Virus record (IMG/VR): IMGVR_UViG_3300026549_002532
Coordinates: 12,676 to 76,675 of that record
Length of the DNA stretch: 64,000 nt
Source of the DNA: a virus
Lineage: Duplodnaviria > Caudoviricetes
Direction: 5' to 3' (one strand)
This document shows positions 17,980 through 28,812 of this stretch, piece by piece. The notes beneath the pieces were generated by a model that was not told the origin of the DNA, did not search any database, and worked only from the letters and a program-made list of their open reading frames with translations. Position 1 is the stretch's first letter; the number at the start of each line of letters is the position of its first letter. A program made the translations under genes and the position numbers.

Positions 17980-20900
17980 TCAACGTCCTCAATCGCGACA
18001 TCATACTTGATGTCCTCGGTACGGGTCAATTCGATGTTATCAGCGGTAGATGTATCATCGTTGGTGAAAAATCGGTTGTTTTGACCGATTTTCCAACCGT
18101 TCAAGAAACCGCCATCGGGGTAGATTGAAAGTTTCTTTCCTGCAAAAGAAATCGTCAACTCGCGCCAATGCGTGAGCGTGCGACGCTCTTGCGACACGAT
18201 GGGTTGAAGTGTGCCCTCGTACCTGTCGCCATGCTTGTCGTTGAAGTCTTCAAGCCAGCGCTCTGCAATATCTTTGAGATATTGGTCACGCAGATAGCTA
18301 CCGGCAAGTGCGGCTTGAATACTTGGTTTCATATTCGGCTCGTCGTACTTCTCAATCTTGAATGAGAGTGAGAAGTCTTTGCCGATTAGTTTGACAAAGT
18401 GTTCCACAGTCTGCAGGGCAAGTACGATGGCAAGCACGCTTTTGAGGTGTTCGTCCTGATAGAACACTTCAATCTTTCCCTTGTGCTGCTTGCAGTGTGC
18501 GAGGAACTGCTCAACAATCCCCTGGGCATTCTCTTGAATGATTGCGCCCAAAGTCTTTGAGTTGATATTGCGTGAGCGGTTTCCGCTAAGTCTGAAAATC
18601 TTGGTGGTCGGTTTCGGTGACGTGTCAACCGAAACGGCATTGATGGCCGGATTTTCAACCTGTGCGCAATACATCGTTTCGTTAGCCCATTTGTCGTTGA
18701 GTGAAGCAAATTCGGCATTGTTGGTCACATAGAGCAGACCATCAATGTAAGCGATAGGATAAACGCCCTTTGCCGCAAAAGGATTGTCGAATATCTTCAC
18801 ATCTTTTGTCCAGCCCTTGATGGCTTGCACCATCTGGATGATGGGCACATTCATGGGCGCATGGCCCTCGGCAGCGATGCAGAATGTGGGTTCAAGCCCT
18901 CGACCGGCGAAGTTGTTGAGGTGCTGGCCACGCCAACTGTTTTCAGCATCGCTGTAGTTCCATGTCGAGAAGTCATTGGTGACAAACAATGTCGGTGCGG
19001 TGCTTGCCTTTCTGAAAGCACGCTCCAGCTCTTGAATCGACAATTCATGAGCGTTGGGCAGCAGCGCGGCGATTTCTTTAGGCAGATTTTCAGCCGATTC
19101 TTCTTCCTCCTGAATCCACGCAAGCGCCAAATCAATGTCGATATATTTCATAAATCGCAAAGTGAACTTGTCAAGGATTACATCCTTTGTGTTGCGCTGC
19201 TTGGCTTCAAGCAACATTCGCTTTGCGATTTTCACGACTGCGTTCATGATAACCACGCTCGACAACTGATTGGCATAACCCGCGCCGCCGGGGTTGGTGT
19301 CGAACACGCAGAGGTGGCCGTTGGGCATGATGGCGAAGTCCACCGCTCCGCGCTCTTTGCCGAGGTGTTCGACAAGTGCTTGGGTAAACACCACGCCCAG
19401 CGTGAACAACAAGTTGGTTTCGGCATCACGCTCCGAGATCCAACTGTTGCTTCCCTTGTGGCGCAAACGGATTTCGGCAAAATCGGTTTGGATTAGTCCA
19501 CCAATGATGACGTTTCTTCTGATTAAAGATGGGTCATAAGAGCCGTGGCATGGTCTGCGCTGCCCCACATCTTTTCCGCTGATGACGTAGTGGAAACGAG
19601 GCTTGTCCGGGTCGCGTGGGAAGACGGGATTCATGTCATGCGGCAGTTTCAGCGGATTCTCGCGGTCAGCGACTTCCGTCTCTATCACCGCACGACCGCA
19701 TCGCTGGCAGTAGCAATAGCCGAAGCCCTGTCCCTCGTTGTAGTAGAGAATCTTGGCATAGCCCGTGTCGCGGTTGCTTCTCACCGAGAACAAGTGCGGG
19801 TCTTTCGGGCCCGAAGTCCAGTCATCGGTGTCGATGAGCTGTGCGCTGACATGGGTATAGACATTGTTGTCAAGGATGCGCGTCTTGTCCTCATTGATGT
19901 CGGGCATGAAAGCCGCAGGCTGAATGAGCGTCAATGCCTTATCGTCATTCACCGGCCAGTTTATCATGTGGTCGAGTGCGTTGGCATCATCAATGACGGT
20001 CTTGTTTCGGTTATGATAGATTTGCATGAATACCCTCGCGTCCTGGTACTGGCTTGACGTTTGCACGCCACGCACGGTGTAAACGACACCATCAACGACT
20101 ACCGCATTGCCGGGCGCATATTGTGCGATGGCCTCGCGCAGCGAGTAGGTCGGATTAGATGAGCTTGAACTGTTCACGTAGTCACGTTTGCCGCTGGGGT
20201 CAAGGTCAAGCGACAGCACGTTGACCGGCATATTGGCATTCGGCGAGAAGCGATGCGTTGCCCAATAGGTAATCAAGCGAGCGTTCAACTCGTCGAAATA
20301 TTGCCATTTTAACTTGTTGCGGAATCTTGTGTTGGTCGCCGTGCGCAGAGCCACCGCATAGTCTTCGAGTTTGAGACTCAACTCGGAGTAGCAACGGCGG
20401 TTGTGCTCTGCCGCTTTTTGCACCACATAGTTCAACTGCCCCTCAAAGATGGTGCCATCGAGCAATGCGGTCAACCCGCTGCGTAAGTCTCCGCTCAACG
20501 GCTCGGAGCATTTGCGATTGAACAATTCATACATTGTGCCCTCGGGTTCTCCCAGCATCTGGTCGGGGCTAACGGTAGCATTGTTTTGGTCAACGATTTC
20601 TTTGAAGCCACTTGGGGTGGCCTCGATGCGGAATGGCGTGAAGTAGTCCACTACCTTTTGGTTGAGACTACCGCCATGTGCGCCCTCGGTGAAAACTCCA
20701 AAGGCACGCACGAGGAATGAGTTGACGTGACGCTGCACCACTTGCGGACTTTTCAGATCGACCGACGGCACTTCGACGGGTCGGCTGATAATAGTCGGGA
20801 TAGGATTATACAATGTGCGCAGACCGATAGCGTCAGAGCCGCACAAGGTGATGCACACGCTGCGCACTTTGTTGTTACGTCCGCTTCGTCCGGCACGCTG

Positions 20901-23900
20901 CTTGTAGTTCGACGGCATGGGTGGCACCGAACTCAACATCACCACTTCAAGATTGCCCAGGTCAACACCCATTTCCATCGTTGTCGAGCAAGCGAGAATG
21001 TTAATCAAGTGCTTCTTGAAGTCAAGCTGCATTTTTCTCGCAATCGCCTTATCGACTTGGGCGGTATGCTCTGCCTGAATGAACAGTTTGGGAATAAGGT
21101 GGATTGAATACAGGCGGTCGGCAAACACGCCGTCGTTTCCCCACAGGTTGTGCTCATAGAGCAGCTTGCGATTTTCTTTTGCCCACGCTTCGAGTTTTTC
21201 GGGCGTGGGTTCACCGCTTGCCGAGCCATGATAATATGGATATGGCGCCCAGTGTTCATGCAAATTCTCGTCAAGGTCAACCGGGATGCCACCCGAAAGA
21301 TAGGGCGAGAAGTGTTTGAAGTTATTCTCGATGGGACGCAGGCTGAATGTGTGACGGTCGGCACTGTCGCTGGTCGTGTCACACAGATACACGTTCTCAT
21401 AGAGCTTGAAACTGATGTTGGTGAGATTCATACGAAGCACATCACCGCGCTCGGGAACGTGCCTTGCGTCGTCCTCATCGTAGTTCGTGGCCGTTTCCAG
21501 AATCTTGTTCTCGGGCACTTGAACGGTCTCCCACAGGGCATCGACCACATTGCTGATGCTGTCGAAATATTCGTTATAGGCATCGTTCAATGTCATGGTG
21601 TTGTCGTCGCGCACAATGAGCTGGCACAAGTAGCGTGCCACACGCGACTGCGTGAGTTTGCCCTCCTCCATCACAGGCTTGCGGGCCGGACGGCGACGCG
21701 GCCTCTCGGTGGCGAAACGCTGGCACTTGAAGATGTCGATGGGGTCGGTGTCGTTGATGCGCAGGAAGAACGACTGGTTACTCCTGATGTTGTAGTCAAT
21801 GAACACTTGAATGAGATTGCGCCAATCTTCGAGGGTGATGGTGTTCGCCTCATTCTCCATGAGTTCATTGAACTGCTCCACGGCTTTCGGCAGTTCCTTG
21901 ATGTTCATGAGCTGCGGGTAGCAGGTCTGGAACAAGCCCATCGTCTCGAACGATGCCGCCGAGGTGAGGTGCTTTGCCAAGTACATCATCATGATGCTTT
22001 GCACATATCGCCTGACGATGATGTCGGGGATTGTGCCGTCGTCGTTCAGCTCGTCGCTGTCGCTCGACCGTTTGATGAATTGCGAGCAGAATGTTGTGCA
22101 ATGGCGGTCGTTTTTCAGCAGTTCGGCAATCTCCATCCACGAGATGCTGTCTTTGAGCTTTGCCCTTTCTTTCTTGCGCTGCTGGAACAATGCCTCATAT
22201 TCATCGGATTCATCGTCATATTGACGCATTTTCTTCGTCAACTCGTCCACAATCTTCTTCTGTTTCTCGGCCTCGGCTTTGCGGCGGCACAATTCGGTGT
22301 AGATGGTGCTGTATAGCCACATCCTTTCTTGCTCAAGGTTTTGCTTGAGCGTGGCTTTGGCGGCTGCCTGACGGCTATCGACAAAGCTGATGAATTGCTG
22401 TCCGTCATGTAACATAATCGAGCCATCGGTGGGCGGCTCGGCTTTGTCGAGCTGGTCAAGCACCGATGGAGCGAGCAGACGGCTGATGAAGTCGGCCGAC
22501 AAGCGGAACTTCATCATTCGGGTGTCTTCCAGATTGCCCGAAGCGTCGTTCTCCATGTCTTTCTCGTTGGTGCGTGCGCGCGACTGCTTGCTGTTGCAAT
22601 AGGGGCAACGGCACTGGGTGTTGCCCACCACGTGCCACTCTCCGGGCTTGATTTCTCCGGGCTGCACTTGGATGAGTTGGTCGCCATCGACCTTGAACTT
22701 CACATTGTTATCGCCATGGTTGTTTGCCTGGTTCGACAATGCGAAGATAATGTATTTCAAGTCACCGTCCTCATCGTCGGGGTCGGGCAAGTCGAACATA
22801 TCGCTGTCATCGGTAGCGACTGACTTGTATTTCCAGTCGTTGGTGTCAACCATGCCCACTGCCACATATTCGCCGCAATTCTTGCAGCGGCTCAACTCCA
22901 GCAGCGGCACTTCGTTGCCGTCGTTGGGTGTTTGCGTATAGATGCGGAACGAGCCGTCGGCGTGCTCGGTCAAGCGCACAAACAAGCCATTGTTGGGCAC
23001 GCGGTAGAAATAATGCACTTTGAGCTTCATGTCGGGCACAGGTTGTCCTGCGGCACGATAGCGCACTTCCTCTCGCTCGCACATTTCATCGACGAGCCGA
23101 AGCTGTGTTTCAACATCTGTGGTCTCGGGGAACAACTCATTCAGCGGAACAAAATCTTTGGCGAAGATGGTTTTCCAGCGTTGCTCGTCTTCGCCATGCG
23201 GAATGTTGTCCTCGCCCACGCGCTTGCCGCCTATCACCTCAACTTGCTTGGTGCTCAGTCCTGTTATGCCGGCGATGAATTTGCGCAGTTTCTTGGTTTC
23301 TTCTTTGGCTTTCTCCGGGTCGTCGGTGTTGCCGAAAGTTGCCGATGAAGTGGCAAAGCGCACATCGGCGGCGTCCACATTGAAAGCCAGCAACACACGG
23401 CGCAGCAGCAATGCCAACTCGGCGGCGCCCGCACCGGTGTAGGTGTGGGTCTCGTCGATGGCCACCCAGCGCAGACTTTGCTGCTTGGGGTCGATGAGCG
23501 CCGCGTCGGTGCCACGAAGCAGGATGTATTCGAGCATCGTTGGGTTAGTGAGCAGGATGTCGGGCGGTGTCTGCCGCACCTGTCTGCGGGTATAGAGCAT
23601 TTTGCCGAAACGGTATTTCGTCTCGCCGGTCGCCTCGTCAACATATTCGCCACGCAGCTGCTTGATGCGTGCGCGAAGTCGGTTGGCCTCGGTTGAATTG
23701 TCATCGGCTTTCGGCTCGTTCTCGGGAAGGTCGCCATTATACACCGTGTAGGTGAGATTGGTGCCTTCGAGCAGTTGTTCCAGTCGCTCTTTCTGGTCTT
23801 CCATGAGCGCGTTGAGCGGATAGAGGAAGATGGCCTTGATGGTGCGGCTTTGCACCACATCACCAGCTCCTTGTTGCAGCAGGTCATAGACCAACGGCAA

Positions 23901-24302
23901 CATGAAGCACTCGGTCTTACCCGAACCTGTGCCCGTGGTCACACAGATTGACTTGGGCTTCTGCTCGCCCTTTATCTCAACCGTGCGGCGCAGCAGGTTG
24001 TCCCACGATAGATACTGGTGCTCGTAGGGGGCGTAATACTTGCCTTTTGGCAAGATCTTGCGCCACAGGTTGCCCACGATGGCCTCGGCCTCGGCAGCCG
24101 TCACGCTGTGCACGGGCAGGTAGCTGTTCATGCACTGCACCACCGGCTCGGCGTTGTGGGGAGCGAACAGGTCGCCAATCAGCTTGCGCAGTTGCGCGAT
24201 GTAGCTGGCCTGGCTGTCGTTGCTTGACTCACCGCACCACATCGAGAGCATGGTTTTCTCGACTGCGATGCGATTATTTTTATATAACTCGGCAAAGTTC
24301 AT
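17976..24302 (-). CDS. 2108 aa SF2 helicase with DUF1998-like domain, DruE-like (Druantia type III)
   Basis: TGTGSGKTE, LYPLNALMEDQ, IDETHTY, STTMEMGVDLG, QRAGRSGR, FDTNPGGAGY; C-terminal PLD-like HWREL. Confidence 0.8.
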   Translation of the reverse strand: MNFAELYKNNRIAVEKTMLSMWCGESSNDSQASYIAQLRKLIGDLFAPHNAEPVVQCMNSYLPVHSVTAAEAEAIVGNLWRKILPKGKYYAPYEHQYLSWDNLLRRTVEIKGEQKPKSICVTTGTGSGKTECFMLPLVYDLLQQGAGDVVQSRTIKAIFLYPLNALMEDQKERLEQLLEGTNLTYTVYNGDLPENEPKADDNSTEANRLRARIKQLRGEYVDEATGETKYRFGKMLYTRRQVRQTPPDILLTNPTMLEYILLRGTDAALIDPKQQSLRWVAIDETHTYTGAGAAELALLLRRVLLAFNVDAADVRFATSSATFGNTDDPEKAKEETKKLRKFIAGITGLSTKQVEVIGGKRVGEDNIPHGEDEQRWKTIFAKDFVPLNELFPETTDVETQLRLVDEMCEREEVRYRAAGQPVPDMKLKVHYFYRVPNNGLFVRLTEHADGSFRIYTQTPNDGNEVPLLELSRCKNCGEYVAVGMVDTNDWKYKSVATDDSDMFDLPDPDDEDGDLKYIIFALSNQANNHGDNNVKFKVDGDQLIQVQPGEIKPGEWHVVGNTQCRCPYCNSKQSRARTNEKDMENDASGNLEDTRMMKFRLSADFISRLLAPSVLDQLDKAEPPTDGSIMLHDGQQFISFVDSRQAAAKATLKQNLEQERMWLYSTIYTELCRRKAEAEKQKKIVDELTKKMRQYDDESDEYEALFQQRKKERAKLKDSISWMEIAELLKNDRHCTTFCSQFIKRSSDSDELNDDGTIPDIIVRRYVQSIMMMYLAKHLTSAASFETMGLFQTCYPQLMNIKELPKAVEQFNELMENEANTITLEDWRNLIQVFIDYNIRSNQSFFLRINDTDPIDIFKCQRFATERPRRRPARKPVMEEGKLTQSRVARYLCQLIVRDDNTMTLNDAYNEYFDSISNVVDALWETVQVPENKILETATNYDEDDARHVPERGDVLRMNLTNISFKLYENVYLCDTTSDSADRHTFSLRPIENNFKHFSPYLSGGIPVDLDENLHEHWAPYPYYHGSASGEPTPEKLEAWAKENRKLLYEHNLWGNDGVFADRLYSIHLIPKLFIQAEHTAQVDKAIARKMQLDFKKHLINILACSTTMEMGVDLGNLEVVMLSSVPPMPSNYKQRAGRSGRNNKVRSVCITLCGSDAIGLRTLYNPIPTIISRPVEVPSVDLKSPQVVQRHVNSFLVRAFGVFTEGAHGGSLNQKVVDYFTPFRIEATPSGFKEIVDQNNATVSPDQMLGEPEGTMYELFNRKCSEPLSGDLRSGLTALLDGTIFEGQLNYVVQKAAEHNRRCYSELSLKLEDYAVALRTATNTRFRNKLKWQYFDELNARLITYWATHRFSPNANMPVNVLSLDLDPSGKRDYVNSSSSSNPTYSLREAIAQYAPGNAVVVDGVVYTVRGVQTSSQYQDARVFMQIYHNRNKTVIDDANALDHMINWPVNDDKALTLIQPAAFMPDINEDKTRILDNNVYTHVSAQLIDTDDWTSGPKDPHLFSVRSNRDTGYAKILYYNEGQGFGYCYCQRCGRAVIETEVADRENPLKLPHDMNPVFPRDPDKPRFHYVISGKDVGQRRPCHGSYDPSLIRRNVIIGGLIQTDFAEIRLRHKGSNSWISERDAETNLLFTLGVVFTQALVEHLGKERGAVDFAIMPNGHLCVFDTNPGGAGYANQLSSVVIMNAVVKIAKRMLLEAKQRNTKDVILDKFTLRFMKYIDIDLALAWIQEEEESAENLPKEIAALLPNAHELSIQELERAFRKASTAPTLFVTNDFSTWNYSDAENSWRGQHLNNFAGRGLEPTFCIAAEGHAPMNVPIIQMVQAIKGWTKDVKIFDNPFAAKGVYPIAYIDGLLYVTNNAEFASLNDKWANETMYCAQVENPAINAVSVDTSPKPTTKIFRLSGNRSRNINSKTLGAIIQENAQGIVEQFLAHCKQHKGKIEVFYQDEHLKSVLAIVLALQTVEHFVKLIGKDFSLSFKIEKYDEPNMKPSIQAALAGSYLRDQYLKDIAERWLEDFNDKHGDRYEGTLQPIVSQERRTLTHWRELTISFAGKKLSIYPDGGFLNGWKIGQNNRFFTNDDTSTADNIELTRTEDIKYDVAIEDVE

Positions 24303-24320
24303 ATATCGTAGTTTATGTGG

Positions 24321-26852
24321 TTACTGAATTATTTCCTCGGCAAACCGCTCGAAGCCGTCAAGGTCTTCGTCGGTGAGTTCGTCGCCGCGCAGTTCGAGCA
24401 GCGGCTTGCGGATTTGCTCCTCGAAGTCTCGCTTCGAGAGCCGACGCAGGGGCATGAATACGAAGAAGTACATATTGTGCTTCACGGCTTGCCGGAAGCA
24501 GTCGAGCACCGAAATGTAGTCATATTCTTCGGCCCATGTGTCTGTATCATTCATCAGGGGGAAACGGCAGGTCAGCGACTTGGCGTTTCGCAGGTCTTGG
24601 AAGATGATGCCCCAGCGGTCGCGCACGGCGGCATCATTGTAGTCCACGTCAATCGGCTCGGTGCCCTCGGCGTAGTTCCAGAACAGGAACCGCTCGTCGT
24701 CGGCTGGCTTCTCACCCTTTTTGTTGCCGAAAACCAAGTACAGAAAATCGGGCGCGAGCGCGTCGAGTGCCGTGGCAGGGTATCTCATGCCTTTCTCCCA
24801 TGCCGCCAGTGCCGCCATGCCTTTGTCGGGATTGCCACTGATGTTGATAAACGGCTCGGCAAACAAGCCGGCGAGGTTGCCGCACGAGTAGTAACGGTAA
24901 CCTTGACGGCTGAAATCGGCGATGGCCACGCGGCGGCGGTAGATGACCGGCAGGTTCAGTTGCTCGCCGTCGTCAAGATAGTTGATTACCTTGCCATCAA
25001 GATACACCTCTTTAATCAGCGTGGGACGAAAGACTTCCACCTCGGCGCTGCCGATGTGCAACGTCACGGTGGGGCGCAACGGCTCGAAGTCAAGCGGGAT
25101 TTCATCTTGCTTGACGGCCTCGGTCACGCTGCCGTCGTCGCCGATGGTGGCGTAACGGATGGCGCAATTGTAGAAGTCGCGCACGATGGGCTGCGCCCCG
25201 TCAAGGCGTGGCAGGTAGCAAGCCTCAAAGTTGGGCAGTTGCCGCCCTTTCACGGTGAGGCGCAGCGTGACTTTGCCGTATGGCGGTCGGCTGTCGGCCG
25301 TCCATTCGGTGAAGTACGCGCCTTGCTTGTATTCCAGCAGCTCAATCTCGGTGTCTTCATCGGGATTGGCCCGGGTGATATCGTCTTTGGTGGCGAAGTG
25401 GCGGGCTATCACGTCGTCGCTGCCGAAAATGAGCGGCAGCAGTTCCTCGTCGCCATACTTTTCGTCAATCCACTTCACATAGCCGCCGTCCTTATAGTGG
25501 ATGGTGTCGTGGTAGAGCCGTGTGGCGATGCGGTCATAGCCCTGGCGGTTGTAGAGCGTCAGCTCACGGTCGCCGCTTGTGAGTGTGGCTTTGTCGTAGA
25601 TGAGATACCAGCCCCACGGCTCGCTCTTGCCGTGACGCTTCGAGCGGAACGGCTTGAACTCCACCGGCTCGCTGGTCGAGGCGAGGTGCAGGTGCCACTG
25701 GCCGCTGAACACCACGGCGGTTTCGCGCTGGGCGTTCTGCAGGCTCGTCCATTGGTCAACGCTGCCACTGATGCGCCACAGCTGCAGCAGGTCAGGCGAA
25801 GCCTCACGCTGCAACTCATATTCCTTGCCGTTATTGTCCATGGCCACGATTGCCAGACTGTCGAACTGTGCCGTGGGCACATCGCCGCAGTTGGCAGAAC
25901 GTTCCACACCTACGGCCACAAAGCCGGTTTCCTCATCGCCGGTGTTGGAGAAGGTGATGGGCGCATGGCTCCAGTCCACATCGGCCACGGCATTGCCACC
26001 GTGCAGAAAGCGCACTCCCACCTTGAGCGATTTCAGTTGCTCGGGGTGCGCAATGCCCCACAACGACATGCGGTCGTAGCGCAGGTATTGGTGCAAGCCG
26101 CCGCGCACTTCCTCGGGGCGCAGCCACAGGCGCAGCGTGCGCGACATGGCGGTGTAGCCCGGGGCGTTGGTGATGACCCATTCCAGACGGAACTTGTCAC
26201 GCAGCACCTTGTCGTTGGCGGTGCGCATGGCGGTCACGAAGCGGGTCACCTCGCTGCCGCCGGCAAGGTCTTCGTCGTTGAACGGCAGTTTGCCGTTCAG
26301 GATTTCCTGCATATAGTCGTGCAGACTGTGCCGCTTCACGCTCTGGCGGAAACTGATGGCGCGTGAAGCGTCCTCGATGTTTTCGAGGGTGTAATCGTCG
26401 TGGTGGTAGATGCGGCACAGTGCTTTGAGGAAGCGCAGCTTGTCGTTGCGCCCCAACTCATGGCGAATGGCGAGGCCGCCCAGCACGTAGGCCGAGTAGA
26501 GCCAACGGCGGTTGCCGCCCTCGTCGCTATAGACGAGTCGCCGCCAAGCGAAGCCCGACGTTTTCCAAGCGGTTTCGAGCTTGATGTCGGGGCGAGCGTC
26601 GAGTAGCGGACACGAGTTGCCGCTTTGATAGCGCCGCTTGTACCACTCGGCGAGATAGACAAGCAGTGCTGCGGCCCACGGCTGCTCACCATGCAGCCTG
26701 TCGGTGCTTTGGGCGGTGACTGCCGTCTCCAGCTCGCCAAACTCGCTTGCGCTCAACCGCAGCTGCCACACCCAGGGGCGTGCGGCGTCGAGCGCGGCGA
26801 TTTTTGCAGTCAGTTCGCTGCTCAGTCTTCCATCTTTGTTGCTATCTCCCAT
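24321..26852 (-). CDS. DruH-like partner (STY4851/ECs_5259-like N-terminus); likely start MGDSN at 26852
   Basis: LLVYLAEWYKRRYQSG and VLGGL motifs; directly upstream of the giant helicase. Confidence 0.6.
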   Translation of the reverse strand: MGDSNKDGRLSSELTAKIAALDAARPWVWQLRLSASEFGELETAVTAQSTDRLHGEQPWAAALLVYLAEWYKRRYQSGNSCPLLDARPDIKLETAWKTSGFAWRRLVYSDEGGNRRWLYSAYVLGGLAIRHELGRNDKLRFLKALCRIYHHDDYTLENIEDASRAISFRQSVKRHSLHDYMQEILNGKLPFNDEDLAGGSEVTRFVTAMRTANDKVLRDKFRLEWVITNAPGYTAMSRTLRLWLRPEEVRGGLHQYLRYDRMSLWGIAHPEQLKSLKVGVRFLHGGNAVADVDWSHAPITFSNTGDEETGFVAVGVERSANCGDVPTAQFDSLAIVAMDNNGKEYELQREASPDLLQLWRISGSVDQWTSLQNAQRETAVVFSGQWHLHLASTSEPVEFKPFRSKRHGKSEPWGWYLIYDKATLTSGDRELTLYNRQGYDRIATRLYHDTIHYKDGGYVKWIDEKYGDEELLPLIFGSDDVIARHFATKDDITRANPDEDTEIELLEYKQGAYFTEWTADSRPPYGKVTLRLTVKGRQLPNFEACYLPRLDGAQPIVRDFYNCAIRYATIGDDGSVTEAVKQDEIPLDFEPLRPTVTLHIGSAEVEVFRPTLIKEVYLDGKVINYLDDGEQLNLPVIYRRRVAIADFSRQGYRYYSCGNLAGLFAEPFINISGNPDKGMAALAAWEKGMRYPATALDALAPDFLYLVFGNKKGEKPADDERFLFWNYAEGTEPIDVDYNDAAVRDRWGIIFQDLRNAKSLTCRFPLMNDTDTWAEEYDYISVLDCFRQAVKHNMYFFVFMPLRRLSKRDFEEQIRKPLLELRGDELTDEDLDGFERFAEEIIQ

Positions 26853-27556
26853 GTCGGTCCTTTGTAGCGGTTGCGTAATTCTTTCAATGTCATGGTGCCG
26901 TTTTCGCCGCGGTGGATCATCGAGTGGCAGTTGCTGCACAGCGGCACCAGGTCGGTGAGCGGGTTCACCTCATGCTCGCCGTCGTAGGTAGAGATAGGCT
27001 TCATGTGATGCACCTCAATGAAGCGTGTGCCGGCTTCGCCGTACAGCGCCTCGAAGTCCATGCCGCAGCACTGGCACTGGTAGCCGTAGTGGGCGAGGCA
27101 AGCCTTGCGCAGTTCTGGATTGCGCCAGGCTCGCTCCGTTTCGATATGTTTCTTCGTGCCCTCGGTCAGCTCACGGGGCTGTGGCTCGGGCGGTGCCGGT
27201 GGCGGTGTGGGTTTCGCCTTTTTCTTGGCGGGAAACTTCTCCTGGAAGTATTTCGTCTGCAAGAAAGCGGCGTACATCTTCAACGCTTGCGAGAGGCGGC
27301 TGCCGCTGGCGGTGTTCGCCTCACGCAAGGCGGGGTCGGTCTGCACACGCGAGCGAGCGTCTTCAAGTGCACGGCGGTCGCGGAGCGCATACACCTCGGC
27401 GCACTGCACGCCGAAGTAGATGCGCAGCACCTGCGGCAACTGCTGCTCGGCATACTCCATCAGGCCGTCCACATCGCCCGTGTGGGTCGCCTCCAAAAAC
27501 TCACGGAACCTCGGGCGCAAGTTCTCAGCCGTGTATTTCTTTTCCTCGCTCGCCAT
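26822..27556 (-). CDS. McrA-like HNH endonuclease with uncharacterised N-domain
   Basis: CQCCG..FIEVHHMKP..DLVPLCSNCHSMIH; Pro-rich linker. Confidence 0.85.
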   Translation of the reverse strand: MASEEKKYTAENLRPRFREFLEATHTGDVDGLMEYAEQQLPQVLRIYFGVQCAEVYALRDRRALEDARSRVQTDPALREANTASGSRLSQALKMYAAFLQTKYFQEKFPAKKKAKPTPPPAPPEPQPRELTEGTKKHIETERAWRNPELRKACLAHYGYQCQCCGMDFEALYGEAGTRFIEVHHMKPISTYDGEHEVNPLTDLVPLCSNCHSMIHRGENGTMTLKELRNRYKGPTWEIATKMED

Positions 27557-27566
27557 GATAATTAAT

Positions 27567-28805
27567 TTATCGACATATTGCGTTTCGACAATTATTTATG
27601 ATTTGTTTAATTTTATCATTATCCAACCCCATAAATTTCAGAATGCAACAAAGCAAAAGAATACGTAGTTTCTTGAAATGCTGGAGCAATTCTCTACCGT
27701 CAACAACATTTTCTTTCTTTCCAATTGGCAGAAGATGCGAATAATGATTTCTTGAATCTACAATTTCGTTTATTGCATCATCGCCAAAATCAACTTTGTT
27801 GATGCTATTAAATTCTGAACATAAATTCCTCAAAATGATATTAAGTTTCTTATTATCTTCTATAAAGCGACAATAATAACCCTCAATGGCTTGAACAACG
27901 GCTAAAAAATTAGCACTAGAGAAGACATGTGTGTTACCTATGCTAGATATGAGATGACTTCGTATTTGGTAAATATCTTTAGGTTCTTGAAACCATTTAG
28001 TAATTACTTTCTGATAATTATCTTCTAAGATTTTGTAATCAAAAAGATAATATTCACCATTTAATTTTGGCGAATATTCTTTTCTGAAAAAATTATGAAG
28101 TAGAATGATTTTAGAACTATTTTCTTCTTCACATAGGCTGATATTTTTACATTGCACCTGTGATAACGTTGCAATCGACAAAAATTGTTCAAATTGTCCA
28201 TTTATATTCAAAACTTCTTGTATGCTAATTTTGTCATCAGGCTTTATAATGAAATCCGTCCTTTGCTCGACAATCATTCGCACTCGTTGTCTTTCTGTAT
28301 TTAACAGCGCTTTTGGTTGTAGCGTAATCGAAACAGTATCGACTTTTGTCGTAATAGCAAAGTTGTCATCGTAGTTATTTGTGATTCTGTCCCACGTTTG
28401 GTTATCCTTCAAAAAATAAGATATTATACTCGGGCAATACCAAAGTGAAAGTTCATCAAATTGCACAGTTGCTTTAGTGAAAACCATTTCCTCTAAAGAA
28501 TCAATGTGCTTGCCTATAATTACATAACAAACACTAAATTTTAATAAAGAGAATGAGCAATTTGAATGCCATGATAATGAAGAAAAGCAATCTATTAAAG
28601 TGATGTCTTTACCATCTGAAGACTCTCCCCAGATTATGGGTTGCCGTCTATCAGAATTAAACATTGCTAAGTCATCGTCATAAAAACTGCCGATGAGCTC
28701 AAGCTTAATAGATTCAGTTGGTATATAATTCACTATTCCCGCAATTTTTTTATCTTCGTTGTCGGGAAGCCACCAAATACCTCTTATCTCGATTTGTTCT
28801 GTCAT
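27567..28805 (-). CDS. ApeA-like NTD plus HEPN domain protein
   Basis: GIWWLP..IAGIVNY..LELIGSF N-terminus; HEPN RNHYSH. Confidence 0.75.
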   Translation of the reverse strand: MTEQIEIRGIWWLPDNEDKKIAGIVNYIPTESIKLELIGSFYDDDLAMFNSDRRQPIIWGESSDGKDITLIDCFSSLSWHSNCSFSLLKFSVCYVIIGKHIDSLEEMVFTKATVQFDELSLWYCPSIISYFLKDNQTWDRITNNYDDNFAITTKVDTVSITLQPKALLNTERQRVRMIVEQRTDFIIKPDDKISIQEVLNINGQFEQFLSIATLSQVQCKNISLCEEENSSKIILLHNFFRKEYSPKLNGEYYLFDYKILEDNYQKVITKWFQEPKDIYQIRSHLISSIGNTHVFSSANFLAVVQAIEGYYCRFIEDNKKLNIILRNLCSEFNSINKVDFGDDAINEIVDSRNHYSHLLPIGKKENVVDGRELLQHFKKLRILLLCCILKFMGLDNDKIKQIINNCRNAICR

Positions 28806-28812
28806 CGTCTTT

